Source: Planctomycetota bacterium
GTDB taxonomy: Bacteria; Planctomycetota; UBA1135; UBA2386
NCBI GenBank assembly: GCA_965223545.1
Contig: OZ245006.1
Location: 704,001-768,000, forward strand
DNA length: 64,000 nucleotides
Reading direction: 5' to 3'
Shown here: one piece after another, positions 12,156 to 21,937 of the stretch
Layout of the letters: each line of letters opens with the position of its first letter
Numbering within the stretch: the first letter of the stretch is position 1
Made by a program: the position numbers and the translations under genes
Notes under the pieces: model-generated
The model's database searches: none
Seen by the model: only the letters and a program-made list of their open reading frames with translations
What the model was told of the DNA's origin: nothing

Positions 12156-12432
12156 TCAGCGTCCATCCGGATCCTCCTCCAGCATGCCGAGCTGATCCAG
12201 GTCGTCGAGGGCCGGCATCGAGCACGAACTCGCCACCCTCGATTCGGTAGCCGATGTGACCGAGCACGCGACGCGCGGGAGCCAGGTCGTGGGGACGCAG
12301 CAACAGATCGATGTCCTTGGTTAGCCTCGGGTAGCCGTGGATCGCGACCGCAAATCACCCGCAAACGGCGTAGTCGATTCCGGCCTTGGCCAAGGCATCG
12401 ACGACTGCGAGGAACTCGTCGCGAAGAATCAT
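12156..12432 (-). pseudogene. Degraded minimal-nucleotidyltransferase-like gene
   Basis: MILRDEFLAVVDALAKAGIDYAVCG*FAVAIHGYPRLTKDIDLL: in-frame TGA at 12355-12357 inside the GG.A...G..R.T.D.D motif. A C-terminal-like DDLDQLG..* follows in another frame after an apparent deletion. Confidence 0.7.
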
Positions 12433-12511
12433 CCGCCTGCACTGTACGCCGACCTCCACGCAAGGGGGCACACCGATCTGCTCCGGGGTCAGGCCGCTGG
12501 CCGGTTCTCGG

Positions 12512-15091
12512 TCAGCCCCCGTCGAGTCGAGCCAGAATCTCACGCAGCACCACAACGCGCGGATGCCCAGCTCCAAACCGCTGTTCGATCACCGCCAGTG
12601 CGGCCTTGATGCGCTCGGCGACCTCGGCGGCACGCCCCTGTGCCTGCAGACACACGCCCATCAGATAGTCCAGCAACGCACCCTGCAACGGCGACAGCTC
12701 CACGCCGCCCCTCACCGCGCGCTCGACGCCCTGCACCGCGGGCCATCCGGCAGCCCACCCGTCGTGCTCGACGACGAACAGCGCGTGGTCGAGGCGCGCG
12801 CGCACGCCGGCCGGGTGGTCTTCGGGCATGGCATCGAACACCTCCATCGCCCGCACCCACTCGTCGCGCGCCGCGTCCACGTCGCCCACCCCGAGCAGCG
12901 CACCGGCGAGCAGGCTGCGTGTGCGCCCGACCTGGGGGTGACGGGCTGGCAGCAGCTCGAGCTGCAGGACCAGACACTCCCGCAGGCGATCCACGGCGGC
13001 GGCGTGACGCTCGCCGTGCACGTCGAGCACGGCGAGGTTGGCCAACGTCCGCGCCAGCCCCTCGCTGCCGCGCCGACCGAGCGCGCGCAATCCACTCTCG
13101 ACGCGCTCGAGCAGCTCCGCCGCGCGCTCTAGGTCGCCCCGCTGCTGGGCGCAGGCGGCGAGGTTGGCGGTCGTCTGCAGCGTGCGCTCGTGACCGCTGC
13201 CGAGCAGCCGCTCGCGAATCGCCAGTGCCTCGGCCAGCAGTGGCTGCGCCGCTTCCCCCGCGCCGGCGCCCAGGTGCAGCACGCCGAGATTGTTCAAGCT
13301 CTCGGCCACCGGCAGTCCGCCCGGCACCGAGTCCCGCCGCAGCTGCAACGCCTCCTCGTGCAACCGGAGCGCGCCGTCGCGGTCGCCGACGACGCGGTGC
13401 GCCACCGCCAAGTCATTGGCGGCGCGGCCGAGATCGCTGTGCGCCCCACGCGGCAGAGCGCGCTGCAGCTCGTAGCTCTCAGCCAGGACGCGCAGCGCGC
13501 GGTCGTGCTCACCGACGGCGTAGTGGTACTGGCCGAGGCGCGACAGGCTCAGCGCATACTCGAGCGAACGCTCGCCGTAGAGCGCGCGCCGGGTCGCCGC
13601 GGCCTCTTCGATCAACGCCAGCGCCGCCGGCTGGTGGTGCAGAGCCAACTGCACCCCTCCCAGGCCGTCGAGCAGGTTCGCGCGAACGTGCGGGACGGTC
13701 TCGAACCGGCGGCGCACGCTGTCGGCAAACCGCCCCACCTCGGCGCCGATCTCGACAACGCGGTCGTCGGTCAGCGATTCCGCGCGCAAGAACGTGTCCA
13801 TCAAGAACTCGACCATGACCTGCGCCGACTCCGCCTCGCTGCCGGCGTGGTTGCGCTCGCGACGCGCCTCTGCCGCCCAATACAAGCTCAACCCCATGCC
13901 GACCAACAGGGAAGCCAGCACCGCACCGGCGGCGGCGACCGGCACCCGGTGCCGGCGGACGAACAGGGCGGCGCGGCGCAGCCCACTCACCGGCCGGGCA
14001 CGCACCGGCAACGCCGTCAACCAGCGCTCGAGATCCACCGCGAGCTCGGCCACCGATCCGTAGCGCCGCGCCACGTCGCCGGCCATCGCCATGCCGACGA
14101 CCGCGTCGAGGTCGCCGCGCAGGCGCTGCGCCAGCGCGGCTGCGGTGCTCTCGCCCCGCCGTGCCGCGGCCGCGTCACCAGCGCGCAGTGCCGCCGCACT
14201 CGGTGCTCCTGCACCACTTGCCTCTGCGGTCTCACCGGTCAGCAGAGAGTGCAGGACACCGCCCAGCGCGTACACGTCCACCGCCGTCGACAGCGCTTCG
14301 CCAGCCTGCTGCTCCGGACTGGCGTAGCCCGCCGTAAAGGCCGGCACCGCGGTCGACGACGCCGCTCCCCCCGCCCCGTGATCCGCCAGGACCTGCGCGA
14401 TGCCGAAATCGACCAACACCGGATCGCCGCGCTCGGTGACCAGAAGATTCGCCGGCTTGAGATCGCGGTGGATGATGAGACAGCGGTGCGCGTGCTCGAC
14501 GGCCTGGCAGACCCGCAGCACCAGCCTCACGCGACCGGCGAGGCCGATGCGCAGCCGATCGCAGAACGCATCGATCGGCTCGCCATCGACCAGCTCCATC
14601 ACCAGGTACGGCAAGCCCTCGGCCGTGGTGCCGCCGTCGAGCAACCGCGCGATGCCGGCGTGGGACAACCGCGCCAGCGTGTGTCGCTCGCGTTCGAAGC
14701 GCCGCACGGCATCGCGCGACAACGGGCCGCTGATCAACTTGACCGCGGCTTCGCCTTCGTAGGCGCCATCGTCGCGCCGCGCGCGAAACACCACCCCCAT
14801 GCCGCCTTCACTGATCCGCTCCAACAGGCGCCAACGACCGATCCGCGTAGGCGGCGCGTCGCCGCCCCATGCGCCGATCAGGCCCACTGCCGCGGGCCGC
14901 GACAACGGCCCTTCGGCGGCGGCGTCGGCGACGAGCATGCGCTCCACTTCGCGCTGCAGGAGAGCATCCCCCGCACACTGCGCCGAGAGCCAGACACCGC
15001 GCTCCGCCTCGGGCAGCGCTGCGGCGCCCTCGAACAGCCGTTCGATCCGCTGCCAGCGCTCTCCCGTCAGCCGACTGCTCGCGTCACCCAC
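12512..15091 (-). CDS. Membrane Ser/Thr protein kinase with TPR repeats
   Basis: GGMGVV, AVK, HRDLKPAN, DFG, YASPEQ; TM segment; TPR repeats (SLNNLG..., H..T..T.ANLA). Confidence 0.93.
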   Translation of the reverse strand: MGDASSRLTGERWQRIERLFEGAAALPEAERGVWLSAQCAGDALLQREVERMLVADAAAEGPLSRPAAVGLIGAWGGDAPPTRIGRWRLLERISEGGMGVVFRARRDDGAYEGEAAVKLISGPLSRDAVRRFERERHTLARLSHAGIARLLDGGTTAEGLPYLVMELVDGEPIDAFCDRLRIGLAGRVRLVLRVCQAVEHAHRCLIIHRDLKPANLLVTERGDPVLVDFGIAQVLADHGAGGAASSTAVPAFTAGYASPEQQAGEALSTAVDVYALGGVLHSLLTGETAEASGAGAPSAAALRAGDAAAARRGESTAAALAQRLRGDLDAVVGMAMAGDVARRYGSVAELAVDLERWLTALPVRARPVSGLRRAALFVRRHRVPVAAAGAVLASLLVGMGLSLYWAAEARRERNHAGSEAESAQVMVEFLMDTFLRAESLTDDRVVEIGAEVGRFADSVRRRFETVPHVRANLLDGLGGVQLALHHQPAALALIEEAAATRRALYGERSLEYALSLSRLGQYHYAVGEHDRALRVLAESYELQRALPRGAHSDLGRAANDLAVAHRVVGDRDGALRLHEEALQLRRDSVPGGLPVAESLNNLGVLHLGAGAGEAAQPLLAEALAIRERLLGSGHERTLQTTANLAACAQQRGDLERAAELLERVESGLRALGRRGSEGLARTLANLAVLDVHGERHAAAVDRLRECLVLQLELLPARHPQVGRTRSLLAGALLGVGDVDAARDEWVRAMEVFDAMPEDHPAGVRARLDHALFVVEHDGWAAGWPAVQGVERAVRGGVELSPLQGALLDYLMGVCLQAQGRAAEVAERIKAALAVIEQRFGAGHPRVVVLREILARLDGG

Positions 15092-15115
15092 CGATCGCTC
15101 CCCCCGCTCCCCGCG

Positions 15116-15679
15116 TCAGCCGGCGGCCCCCGTGGCCGGCAACCGACTCTCGAGCCACGCCCGCGCGACGCGCCAGCGGCGCGCCACGGTGCTCGGCGAC
15201 ACGCCGAGCAGCTCCGCGATCTCCTCGACCGTGAGGCCGACGAAGAAGCGCAGCTCGACCAGCTGTGCCGCCTCCGGGCTGGCTTCGCCCAGATCGCCCA
15301 GCGCTTCGTGCACGGCGAGCACCACCGCATCCGCGTGCTCGTCGGGCAGCCCCGTGGCGTCGAGGGTGGTGCGCTGCTGCACGCCACCACGCTTGTCCGC
15401 GGCGCGGGCGCGCGCGTGCTCGGTCAAGATCCGGCGCATCGCCGTGCCGGCGGCGGTGAAGAAGTGCGCGCGGTTGTCGAACGCGCCGCCCGCGGTCTGC
15501 AGCCGCATCCAGGCCTCGTGGACCAGCGCCGTGGGCTGCAGCGTGTGGCTGCCGCGCTCGTTCTGCATCGCGGCCCGCGCCATCCTGCGCAGCTCGTGAT
15601 AGACCGCGGCAACGAGTCGCTCGACCCCGTCGCCGCCGTCCTCTCGCGCCACCTGCAGCAATCGGGTGATGTCGTCCAT
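15116..15679 (-). CDS. ECF sigma factor, Rhodopirellula/kinase-associated type
   Basis: DITRLL...VY.ELRRMA...HTLQPTALVHEAW...LVELRFF.GL...W..ARAWL. Confidence 0.92.
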   Translation of the reverse strand: MDDITRLLQVAREDGGDGVERLVAAVYHELRRMARAAMQNERGSHTLQPTALVHEAWMRLQTAGGAFDNRAHFFTAAGTAMRRILTEHARARAADKRGGVQQRTTLDATGLPDEHADAVVLAVHEALGDLGEASPEAAQLVELRFFVGLTVEEIAELLGVSPSTVARRWRVARAWLESRLPATGAAG

Positions 15680-15753
15680 GCCGAGACGATACCGCCGCTG
15701 CGGCGCTGCGCGCGGGCACGGACGCGACCCATGGAACCGTCGTTGCCACCGGA

Positions 15754-18700
15754 TCAGCGGACGTCGACCTCGAGGCCGTTGCTGGCGACGTAGCCGAACA
15801 CGCCCGCGCGGTCGGCGACGAAAGCCTGCGCCGTCAGCACCGCCTGCGCGGTGCCGACCGGCACCGCCACCGGCAGCCGCAGCCGCCCGTCGCCGTCGGT
15901 GACGAACGGAAGCTGGGCCAGCGGCGCCTGGATCCACAGGGTGCAACCTCCACCGAGCGGCGTCGCCGCCCGGCCGGTCCCGACCCACAGCACGCCGGCG
16001 GCCCCGGGGGCGGCACCGGCGACGCGCAGGGCGAACGCCTCCCCCCCCGCCGGCGTCCCTTCGCCCGCGAGCCACACCAGGCCGTTGCTGCCGGCACAGC
16101 CGCGGCCATAGGGCACGGTCAGCAGTGGGTCCAGGCGGAAGGCGGTGGTCTCGCAGTTGACGAGCGCGCTCCACCGCGCGTTCGCCCTGCTCTCACCTTC
16201 GCCGACGATCTGCCCCAGATCGTTGACGCCGTGCGCCGCGCGCAGCTGCCAGCCAAACGCGTCGGCAGGGTCGACGAGATCCTGCAGCGAGACGATGCCG
16301 TCGGTGTCGGTGTAGAGGAACCCGCGCGCGACGAAGCGCGCGTCCGAGGACGTGCCGACGACGTGGCCGTGGTCGTTGACGTGCAGACCGCGCGCCTTCT
16401 CGTCGCCCGGCAGCCGTCCGACCTCTTGCATGACACCGGCCTGCCAGCGGAACGCGCGGCTGTCGCCAGTGCGCCAGTCGACGGACGTCCCGGTCACTTC
16501 ATCGACGTCGTTGACGGCATAGGCAAACGAGTAGAGGTCGCCGGGGAGCGTGCCGAGTCCGCGCATGCCGGCCGCCGGCGTCCACAAGAACGCCTCCTGC
16601 CCGCCGTTGCGCGGGCCACTCGGGTCGGTGAACGACTCGCCCACCACGTGGCCGCGGTTGTTGACGTCGTAGGCCGTGCTCGCCACGCCGTTGAGAGTGC
16701 CGAGATCGATGCTGCCGGCGCCGGGGGTGAACAGGAGGGCGCGGGCAAAGCCCATCGGGTCGGCCCGCCCGGCGACCTGCCGGGCATCGTTGACGCCGTG
16801 CCCGGCGCCGGTGGTCGCGCCGCCGAACAACGGCACGTTCAGCAACGCCATGCCGGGCACGAAGAGCACCGGCTGCCGCCCTTGATCGCCGGCCATCGCT
16901 CCGGTCTCGGCCAAGTCGGCCGGCACGATCGGCAGCGCGCTCAGCCCGGTGGCATCGTCGTGCGCGAATCCACTGGTCGAGCCCCGCCCGCCGAAGCCGA
17001 CCGTCAGGCCGCGGTTGTTGATCTTGCGCGCGTGCATCGGCACGCCCTGGCCGCCGCCCAAGCGCCCGAGATCGACGATGCCGTAGCGCGCTCCGTACCA
17101 GACGTCGACGACGTCGCTGGCACTGCCGGCGCCACCGATGGCGGTGATGGTCGCCTGTCCGCGCGGCGCCGACGACGAACTGCTCACCGCGAACTGCACG
17201 CTCACCGCCCCCGGCGGCACCGTGACCTGAGCCGGCACCGAGACCGACCCAGCCGGACTCGCGCGCAGCGCGACGACGAGCCCCGTTGCCGGCGCGGGGC
17301 CGTCGAGCGCGACGGTGGCCGTCGTCTGGTCACCACGCGCCAGCTTGTCGGTGGCGACCGCCAACCCACTCACACCGCTCACGGTCTCCGCCAGGCGCAC
17401 CACGAACCCGTCGGTGAGCGAGCCCGGAGGTCCGACCAGCTGGGGCTGGAATGCGCCGGCGGTGACCGGCACCGAGTTGGGCGACGACGTCGAGCCGCCG
17501 ATCCAAACGCCTCCCGCGCCATCGATCGCCAGCGCCGCCCCGCCTGGACGGGTGACCGCACGGTACTCGTAGCACAGCAGCGCCCCATCGGTGCTCATCC
17601 GCACGACCTTCGCACCCGCCGTCACTCCACCGGGCACCGCGTCGCCGTTCAGCAGCGCCACGACCTGCCCCAACCGATCGACCTTGAGGTCGGCCACGGC
17701 GTCGGCGGAGTTGTAGACGCCGAGGTAGGTCGCCCAAGTCAGCGCGCTGCCGTCGGGGCGGAGCGCGCCCAGCCAACCGTCACCCTGGCCACTGGAGCCG
17801 GCGGCGAACGTGTAGTCGGTCTGCCACGCGCCATACGTCACGGGAAAGCAGGGATCCCGCGTCGAGCCACCGAGGTAGACCGCGCCGGTCGCGTCGACAT
17901 CGATCGCGGCCGGCGCGCTCGGCAGCCGGGTGGCCCAGGTCAACGCCGCGCCCGCCGGATCGAGCTTGGCGACGTAGCCGCCACCGCGCGCCGACCAAGC
18001 TCCCGGGGAAACCGGAAAGTCCGCCGAGCCGGTGACGCCCGCGACCAAGACACCGCCGCCGGCATCGACGCGGACCGCATTGGCGGTCTCGGCCGAGCTG
18101 CCGCCGAAGTACGTCGACCACAGCAGGCCCCCCGCGGGATCGAAGCGCGCGACGAACGCGTCCTGGCCGCCGCCCAGCGAGGGCTGCAGTGCGTTGCGCA
18201 CCGGAAAGTCCGCCGAGCCGGTGGTGCCGACGACCCACGCGCTGCCGGCCGCGTCGACGAACACATCGCCGCCGTTGCTGATGCTGGAGCCGAGCCGCGG
18301 CGGGGTGTTCTCCTCAGCGCTTCCACCCAGGTAGGTCGAGTAGACGAAGCCCGAGCCATCCGGCAGCAGCTTGGCGACGAACGAGTCGACGTTCCCATTG
18401 AGCTGCGGCTGCACCGCGTTCTGCACCGGAAAGTCGGCCGCCGCGGTCTTGCCGACGACCACGGCATGCCCGCCGGCGTCGGCACCCACCGCGAGCGCGG
18501 TCTCGTAGTCGTCGAACGCGCTGTTGCCGCCCAGGTAGGTCGAGTAGATGAGAGCGGTGCCGGTCGGGTCGACCTTGGCGACGAACGCGTCCCAAGTGGA
18601 AGTCAGGCCACTGCTCGGGCCCGCGGTGGGCAGATCGGGAGACGCCGTGATGCCGACGACGTAGGCGTTGCCAGCCGGGTCGATGGCGAGATCCAAGACC

Positions 18701-19428
18701 CGGTCGCTGTTGCTGCCGCCGAGGTACGAGCCGTAGACGACGACGGGGTCGATCACCAGCGGCAGCGCCGGATCGAGGGACCCGGTGCGAAAGCCGAACG
18801 CGCCACCTTCGCTGGTGTAGGAGACTTCCACCGGGACGCGGGCGCCACCGTCGCCGACCTGCCAGGCCGTCGGTTCCGGTTGCCGCAACACGTGCTCACC
18901 GACGACAAGCTCCAGCACGCGCCCATCCTCGGCGACGCGCACAGCGTCGGCGCCCTCGACCTCGATGCGGATGGCTCCCGGATCGACGCCGGCATCCAGC
19001 ACGAAGTCGTACTCGAGCTGCCGCTGGACGCCGTAGAGCTCGACGTCCACGCCGGGGTAAGCGGACTCGCACCGCAGCCGGCGATAGCGCGGAATGCCGC
19101 GCCGCCACTGCCGCGGAGCGCCGCGCAGATCGTGGGCCACTCCGGGCAGGCGCTGGGTGCCGGAGATCGCCCGGGCCGTCCCAGTCCCCCACCGCAACCG
19201 CAGCTCCACGACACCTTCGAGATCCCGCAGCGCGAGCGCGACGCCCGCGGCATCGGCGACCACTCCGTACCCCGCGCCGCGCGCGACAAAGCGGCGGCCA
19301 TCCGGAGTCGGTTCGAATGCCATGGGCAACGCGGCCATGTCGGGACGCGTTGCCGAGGACAGGGACTGACCGGGCCCAGCGATGCAAAGAGCGAGGGGCG
19401 CGGCCGCCAAAGGAAGCAGCTTTGTCAT
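15754..19428 (-). CDS. Secreted multidomain protein: SBBP propeller + Ig-like domain + HAF-type repeats
   Basis: Signal peptide; YPGVD..LEYDF...LVIDP; YSTYLGG repeats; DLGTL...A..VN..G.VVG..AF.W repeats; C-terminal domain similar to that of 9550..12090. Confidence 0.87.
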   Translation of the reverse strand: MTKLLPLAAAPLALCIAGPGQSLSSATRPDMAALPMAFEPTPDGRRFVARGAGYGVVADAAGVALALRDLEGVVELRLRWGTGTARAISGTQRLPGVAHDLRGAPRQWRRGIPRYRRLRCESAYPGVDVELYGVQRQLEYDFVLDAGVDPGAIRIEVEGADAVRVAEDGRVLELVVGEHVLRQPEPTAWQVGDGGARVPVEVSYTSEGGAFGFRTGSLDPALPLVIDPVVVYGSYLGGSNSDRVLDLAIDPAGNAYVVGITASPDLPTAGPSSGLTSTWDAFVAKVDPTGTALIYSTYLGGNSAFDDYETALAVGADAGGHAVVVGKTAAADFPVQNAVQPQLNGNVDSFVAKLLPDGSGFVYSTYLGGSAEENTPPRLGSSISNGGDVFVDAAGSAWVVGTTGSADFPVRNALQPSLGGGQDAFVARFDPAGGLLWSTYFGGSSAETANAVRVDAGGGVLVAGVTGSADFPVSPGAWSARGGGYVAKLDPAGAALTWATRLPSAPAAIDVDATGAVYLGGSTRDPCFPVTYGAWQTDYTFAAGSSGQGDGWLGALRPDGSALTWATYLGVYNSADAVADLKVDRLGQVVALLNGDAVPGGVTAGAKVVRMSTDGALLCYEYRAVTRPGGAALAIDGAGGVWIGGSTSSPNSVPVTAGAFQPQLVGPPGSLTDGFVVRLAETVSGVSGLAVATDKLARGDQTTATVALDGPAPATGLVVALRASPAGSVSVPAQVTVPPGAVSVQFAVSSSSSAPRGQATITAIGGAGSASDVVDVWYGARYGIVDLGRLGGGQGVPMHARKINNRGLTVGFGGRGSTSGFAHDDATGLSALPIVPADLAETGAMAGDQGRQPVLFVPGMALLNVPLFGGATTGAGHGVNDARQVAGRADPMGFARALLFTPGAGSIDLGTLNGVASTAYDVNNRGHVVGESFTDPSGPRNGGQEAFLWTPAAGMRGLGTLPGDLYSFAYAVNDVDEVTGTSVDWRTGDSRAFRWQAGVMQEVGRLPGDEKARGLHVNDHGHVVGTSSDARFVARGFLYTDTDGIVSLQDLVDPADAFGWQLRAAHGVNDLGQIVGEGESRANARWSALVNCETTAFRLDPLLTVPYGRGCAGSNGLVWLAGEGTPAGGEAFALRVAGAAPGAAGVLWVGTGRAATPLGGGCTLWIQAPLAQLPFVTDGDGRLRLPVAVPVGTAQAVLTAQAFVADRAGVFGYVASNGLEVDVR

Positions 19429-19548
19429 GAGGATCAGGGCGACATGCGCCGGGGACCCCGCACACCCTGTCAGACTGACCGGAGAATCCTGGTCGAATGA
19501 ACGTACGGAGCCAGGCTCCCATTCATCACACCCTGACGCCCCTCCCCC

Positions 19549-21885
19549 TCACCGCAATTGCGTGTTGAGGATCGGATACCGCTGCCAATCGCGGTAGTCG
19601 AAGTGCCACCACTCGTGCTCGTACACCGTGAACCCCGCCTCCTCCATGACACGACGCAATAGGTCGCGGTGCCAGCGCTGGCGGCTGGTGCCGCCGGGGT
19701 AGTGCGGGAACGCGCGCGCAGTGAACTCATCGTACCCACTGACCATCTCGACCGGCTCGCCACTGGCCAGGTCGTACAATGTGACGTCGACCGCGCTGCC
19801 GCGGTTGTGGCGCGAACCCTTGGCGGGATCGGCGACGAAGTCCTTCATCGACGCGGGCGTCGCGTCCCAGAACATCTTGGTGACGAACCACGGCCGGTAG
19901 GCGTCGAACACGCGCACGCCGAAGCCGTGCGGCGCCAGCGCGCGATGGGCAGAGACCAAGGCCTCGGCGGCCGGCCGCTGCAGGAACGCCACCGGGCGCG
20001 GGTAGAAGACCATGCCCATGAAGTTGTTCTTGGTGGCGTAGCGGATGTCGAGCTGGATCCCGGGTTCGAGCTCGGTGGGCTGCACCAGGTCGGGCCGCAG
20101 GAAGGGCCCCTCCTCGACCGGCGGCTCGGCCGCGCCGGCGGCGCGCCGCAGCTCGGCCTCGGTGCGCACCGGGGTGATGCGGAAGGTCTCGTCGACGCCG
20201 TGCATCGCGCGGCGCGCGAACAGGACACCCCCCACCCGCACGCCGCGCACCGCGCCACCGGCGTCGCGCTCGAACTCGACGCGCTCGCCGGCGTAGAGCC
20301 CGCCGGCGGCGAGCTCGAAGCGATCGGGACCGAGCTCGCGCAGCGGATACTCCGCCAACCACTCGATCAGAATGCGCAGCACGCCACCGCGCTCGAGCAC
20401 GAACAGCGTGTTGTGGTCCCATCCGTACTCGCCGATCAGCGGCCGCCATTTGGGCGCCACCGGCGCCGGCGGCCGCTCCGCCAGGCGCCGCAGCTGACGG
20501 CCGCCGAAGACCAGCGTGTCGCCTTGCAGGCGGCCCCGCGCACCGAACGTCAACCGGTCGTCGACCACCAGCTCGTCGCCGGCGGCGCGCAGCCGGCGGC
20601 GAAACCCGGCCGGTGGCACCAACCAGGGCTCGCCGAAGGCCTGCTCCACTCGCCACGGTGCGCCCCCGTCGCTCCACGTGCCGACCAACGCCGCGGTGCG
20701 CTCGGCGGACACCGCGGTCGGCGCCGGCGGCATCGCCGGCGGCACCCCACCGTCGCGCTTGGCGATGAGCCACCGCAACGCCCGGTCCGCGATCCGCTGC
20801 GGCACCTCGTTGGCGAAGTCGACGTTGGTGACCACCGCCACCGCGAACCCCTCCTCGGGCAGCACCGCCAGCTCGCTGGCGAACCCGTACATCGCGCCGC
20901 CGTGGCCGACCCGCAGGTGGCCGTCGAGCTCGCGGCGAAAGAACCCCAAGCCGACCCGGCGGTTGCCCATCTGCGGCTCGTACATCGAGGCCAAGGTGGC
21001 GTCCTGCAGCAACGCCGGCGGCCGCGCCGCCAAGCCCGAGAAGCAGGCCCGCCCGAAGCGCACGAGATCGGTGACGGTCGCGTACAGACTGGCGGCTGGC
21101 AGCATGCCGAGCTCGAACGTGGGCGCCGGAAACTCGCGCCCGTCGTAGGTCCACATCCAGCCCTGGCCCAGCGCCGCCACCAGATCCGAACGCGGCAGGA
21201 AGTCGGTGTCCCGCAGCCCGAGGGGCTCGATCACCGCCCGCCGCACCGCCTGCGCGAACGGCGCTCCGGTCAGCGCTTCGACCACGCGGCCGAGCACCGC
21301 GATGCCCGCATTCGAGTACTTGAACACCGTGCCCGGCTCATACACCAGCTCGGTGTCGTTCAGGCTGGCCACGGTCGCCGCCAAACCGGGCTCGGACGGG
21401 TCGAAGTAGTTGCCCACCGGCGGCTCCCGCACCAGGCCCGAGTGGTGCGTCATCAAGTGCCGCAGCGTGATCCGCGTGCCGAACGGATTGCGCGGCGCGA
21501 AGTCCGGCAGCACGGTGACGACTGCTGCGTCGAGGTCGACCCGGCCCTGCTCCACCAGCTGCATGACGGCGATGTCGGTCAGCAGCTTGCTGATCGAGCC
21601 GACCCGGTGGACGGTGTCCGAGCCGGCGGCCACTCCGGGACGCGCCTCGCCGAAGCCGCGCGCCCAGATCGTCCGGTCGCCGTCGAGCACCGCGATCGAC
21701 ACCGCCGGCAGGCGCTTGTCGGCCATCTCGCGCTCGATGAAGGCCGTCAGGTCGTGCACGGCGGCGGCGAACTCCGCCGGCGCGGCGACCTCGTGCGGTT
21801 GAGTGCGACAGCCGGTGGCGCCCACCACCGCGCCGAGAACCAGTGCGGCCTGCGCCGGCACTGCCCGCATTCGCAAGCGCTGCAT
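19549..21885 (-). CDS. Serine hydrolase (beta-lactamase/AmpC family) fused to D-Ala-D-Ala dipeptidase (VanX/DdpX, M15D)
   Basis: SISK, YSN and HGG motifs; C-terminal DIRYAT.NNF, DAYRP, SRHNRGSAVD, EWWHF; possible lipobox (ATGC). Start position uncertain. Confidence 0.88.
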   Translation of the reverse strand: MQRLRMRAVPAQAALVLGAVVGATGCRTQPHEVAAPAEFAAAVHDLTAFIEREMADKRLPAVSIAVLDGDRTIWARGFGEARPGVAAGSDTVHRVGSISKLLTDIAVMQLVEQGRVDLDAAVVTVLPDFAPRNPFGTRITLRHLMTHHSGLVREPPVGNYFDPSEPGLAATVASLNDTELVYEPGTVFKYSNAGIAVLGRVVEALTGAPFAQAVRRAVIEPLGLRDTDFLPRSDLVAALGQGWMWTYDGREFPAPTFELGMLPAASLYATVTDLVRFGRACFSGLAARPPALLQDATLASMYEPQMGNRRVGLGFFRRELDGHLRVGHGGAMYGFASELAVLPEEGFAVAVVTNVDFANEVPQRIADRALRWLIAKRDGGVPPAMPPAPTAVSAERTAALVGTWSDGGAPWRVEQAFGEPWLVPPAGFRRRLRAAGDELVVDDRLTFGARGRLQGDTLVFGGRQLRRLAERPPAPVAPKWRPLIGEYGWDHNTLFVLERGGVLRILIEWLAEYPLRELGPDRFELAAGGLYAGERVEFERDAGGAVRGVRVGGVLFARRAMHGVDETFRITPVRTEAELRRAAGAAEPPVEEGPFLRPDLVQPTELEPGIQLDIRYATKNNFMGMVFYPRPVAFLQRPAAEALVSAHRALAPHGFGVRVFDAYRPWFVTKMFWDATPASMKDFVADPAKGSRHNRGSAVDVTLYDLASGEPVEMVSGYDEFTARAFPHYPGGTSRQRWHRDLLRRVMEEAGFTVYEHEWWHFDYRDWQRYPILNTQLR

Positions 21886-21937
21886 GGCCGCCGATCTTCG
21901 AGGCCGCCGGACGCGATTCAAGCGCCCCGCCGGCGCG

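Noticed and set aside
12355..12357. In-frame TGA as selenocysteine or recoding
   Set aside because: The position corresponds to Gly rather than Cys, the gene is further truncated, and TGA is the normal stop elsewhere in the window.
10250..18760. Repeated DNA units in the SBBP and HAF genes as a CRISPR or tandem array
   Set aside because: The repeats are degenerate, in frame and protein-level, with no identical repeat-spacer pattern and no cas genes.
19549..20190. VanX domain as a vancomycin-resistance cluster
   Set aside because: No vanA/vanH/vanRS nearby; the domain is part of a fused exported protein.
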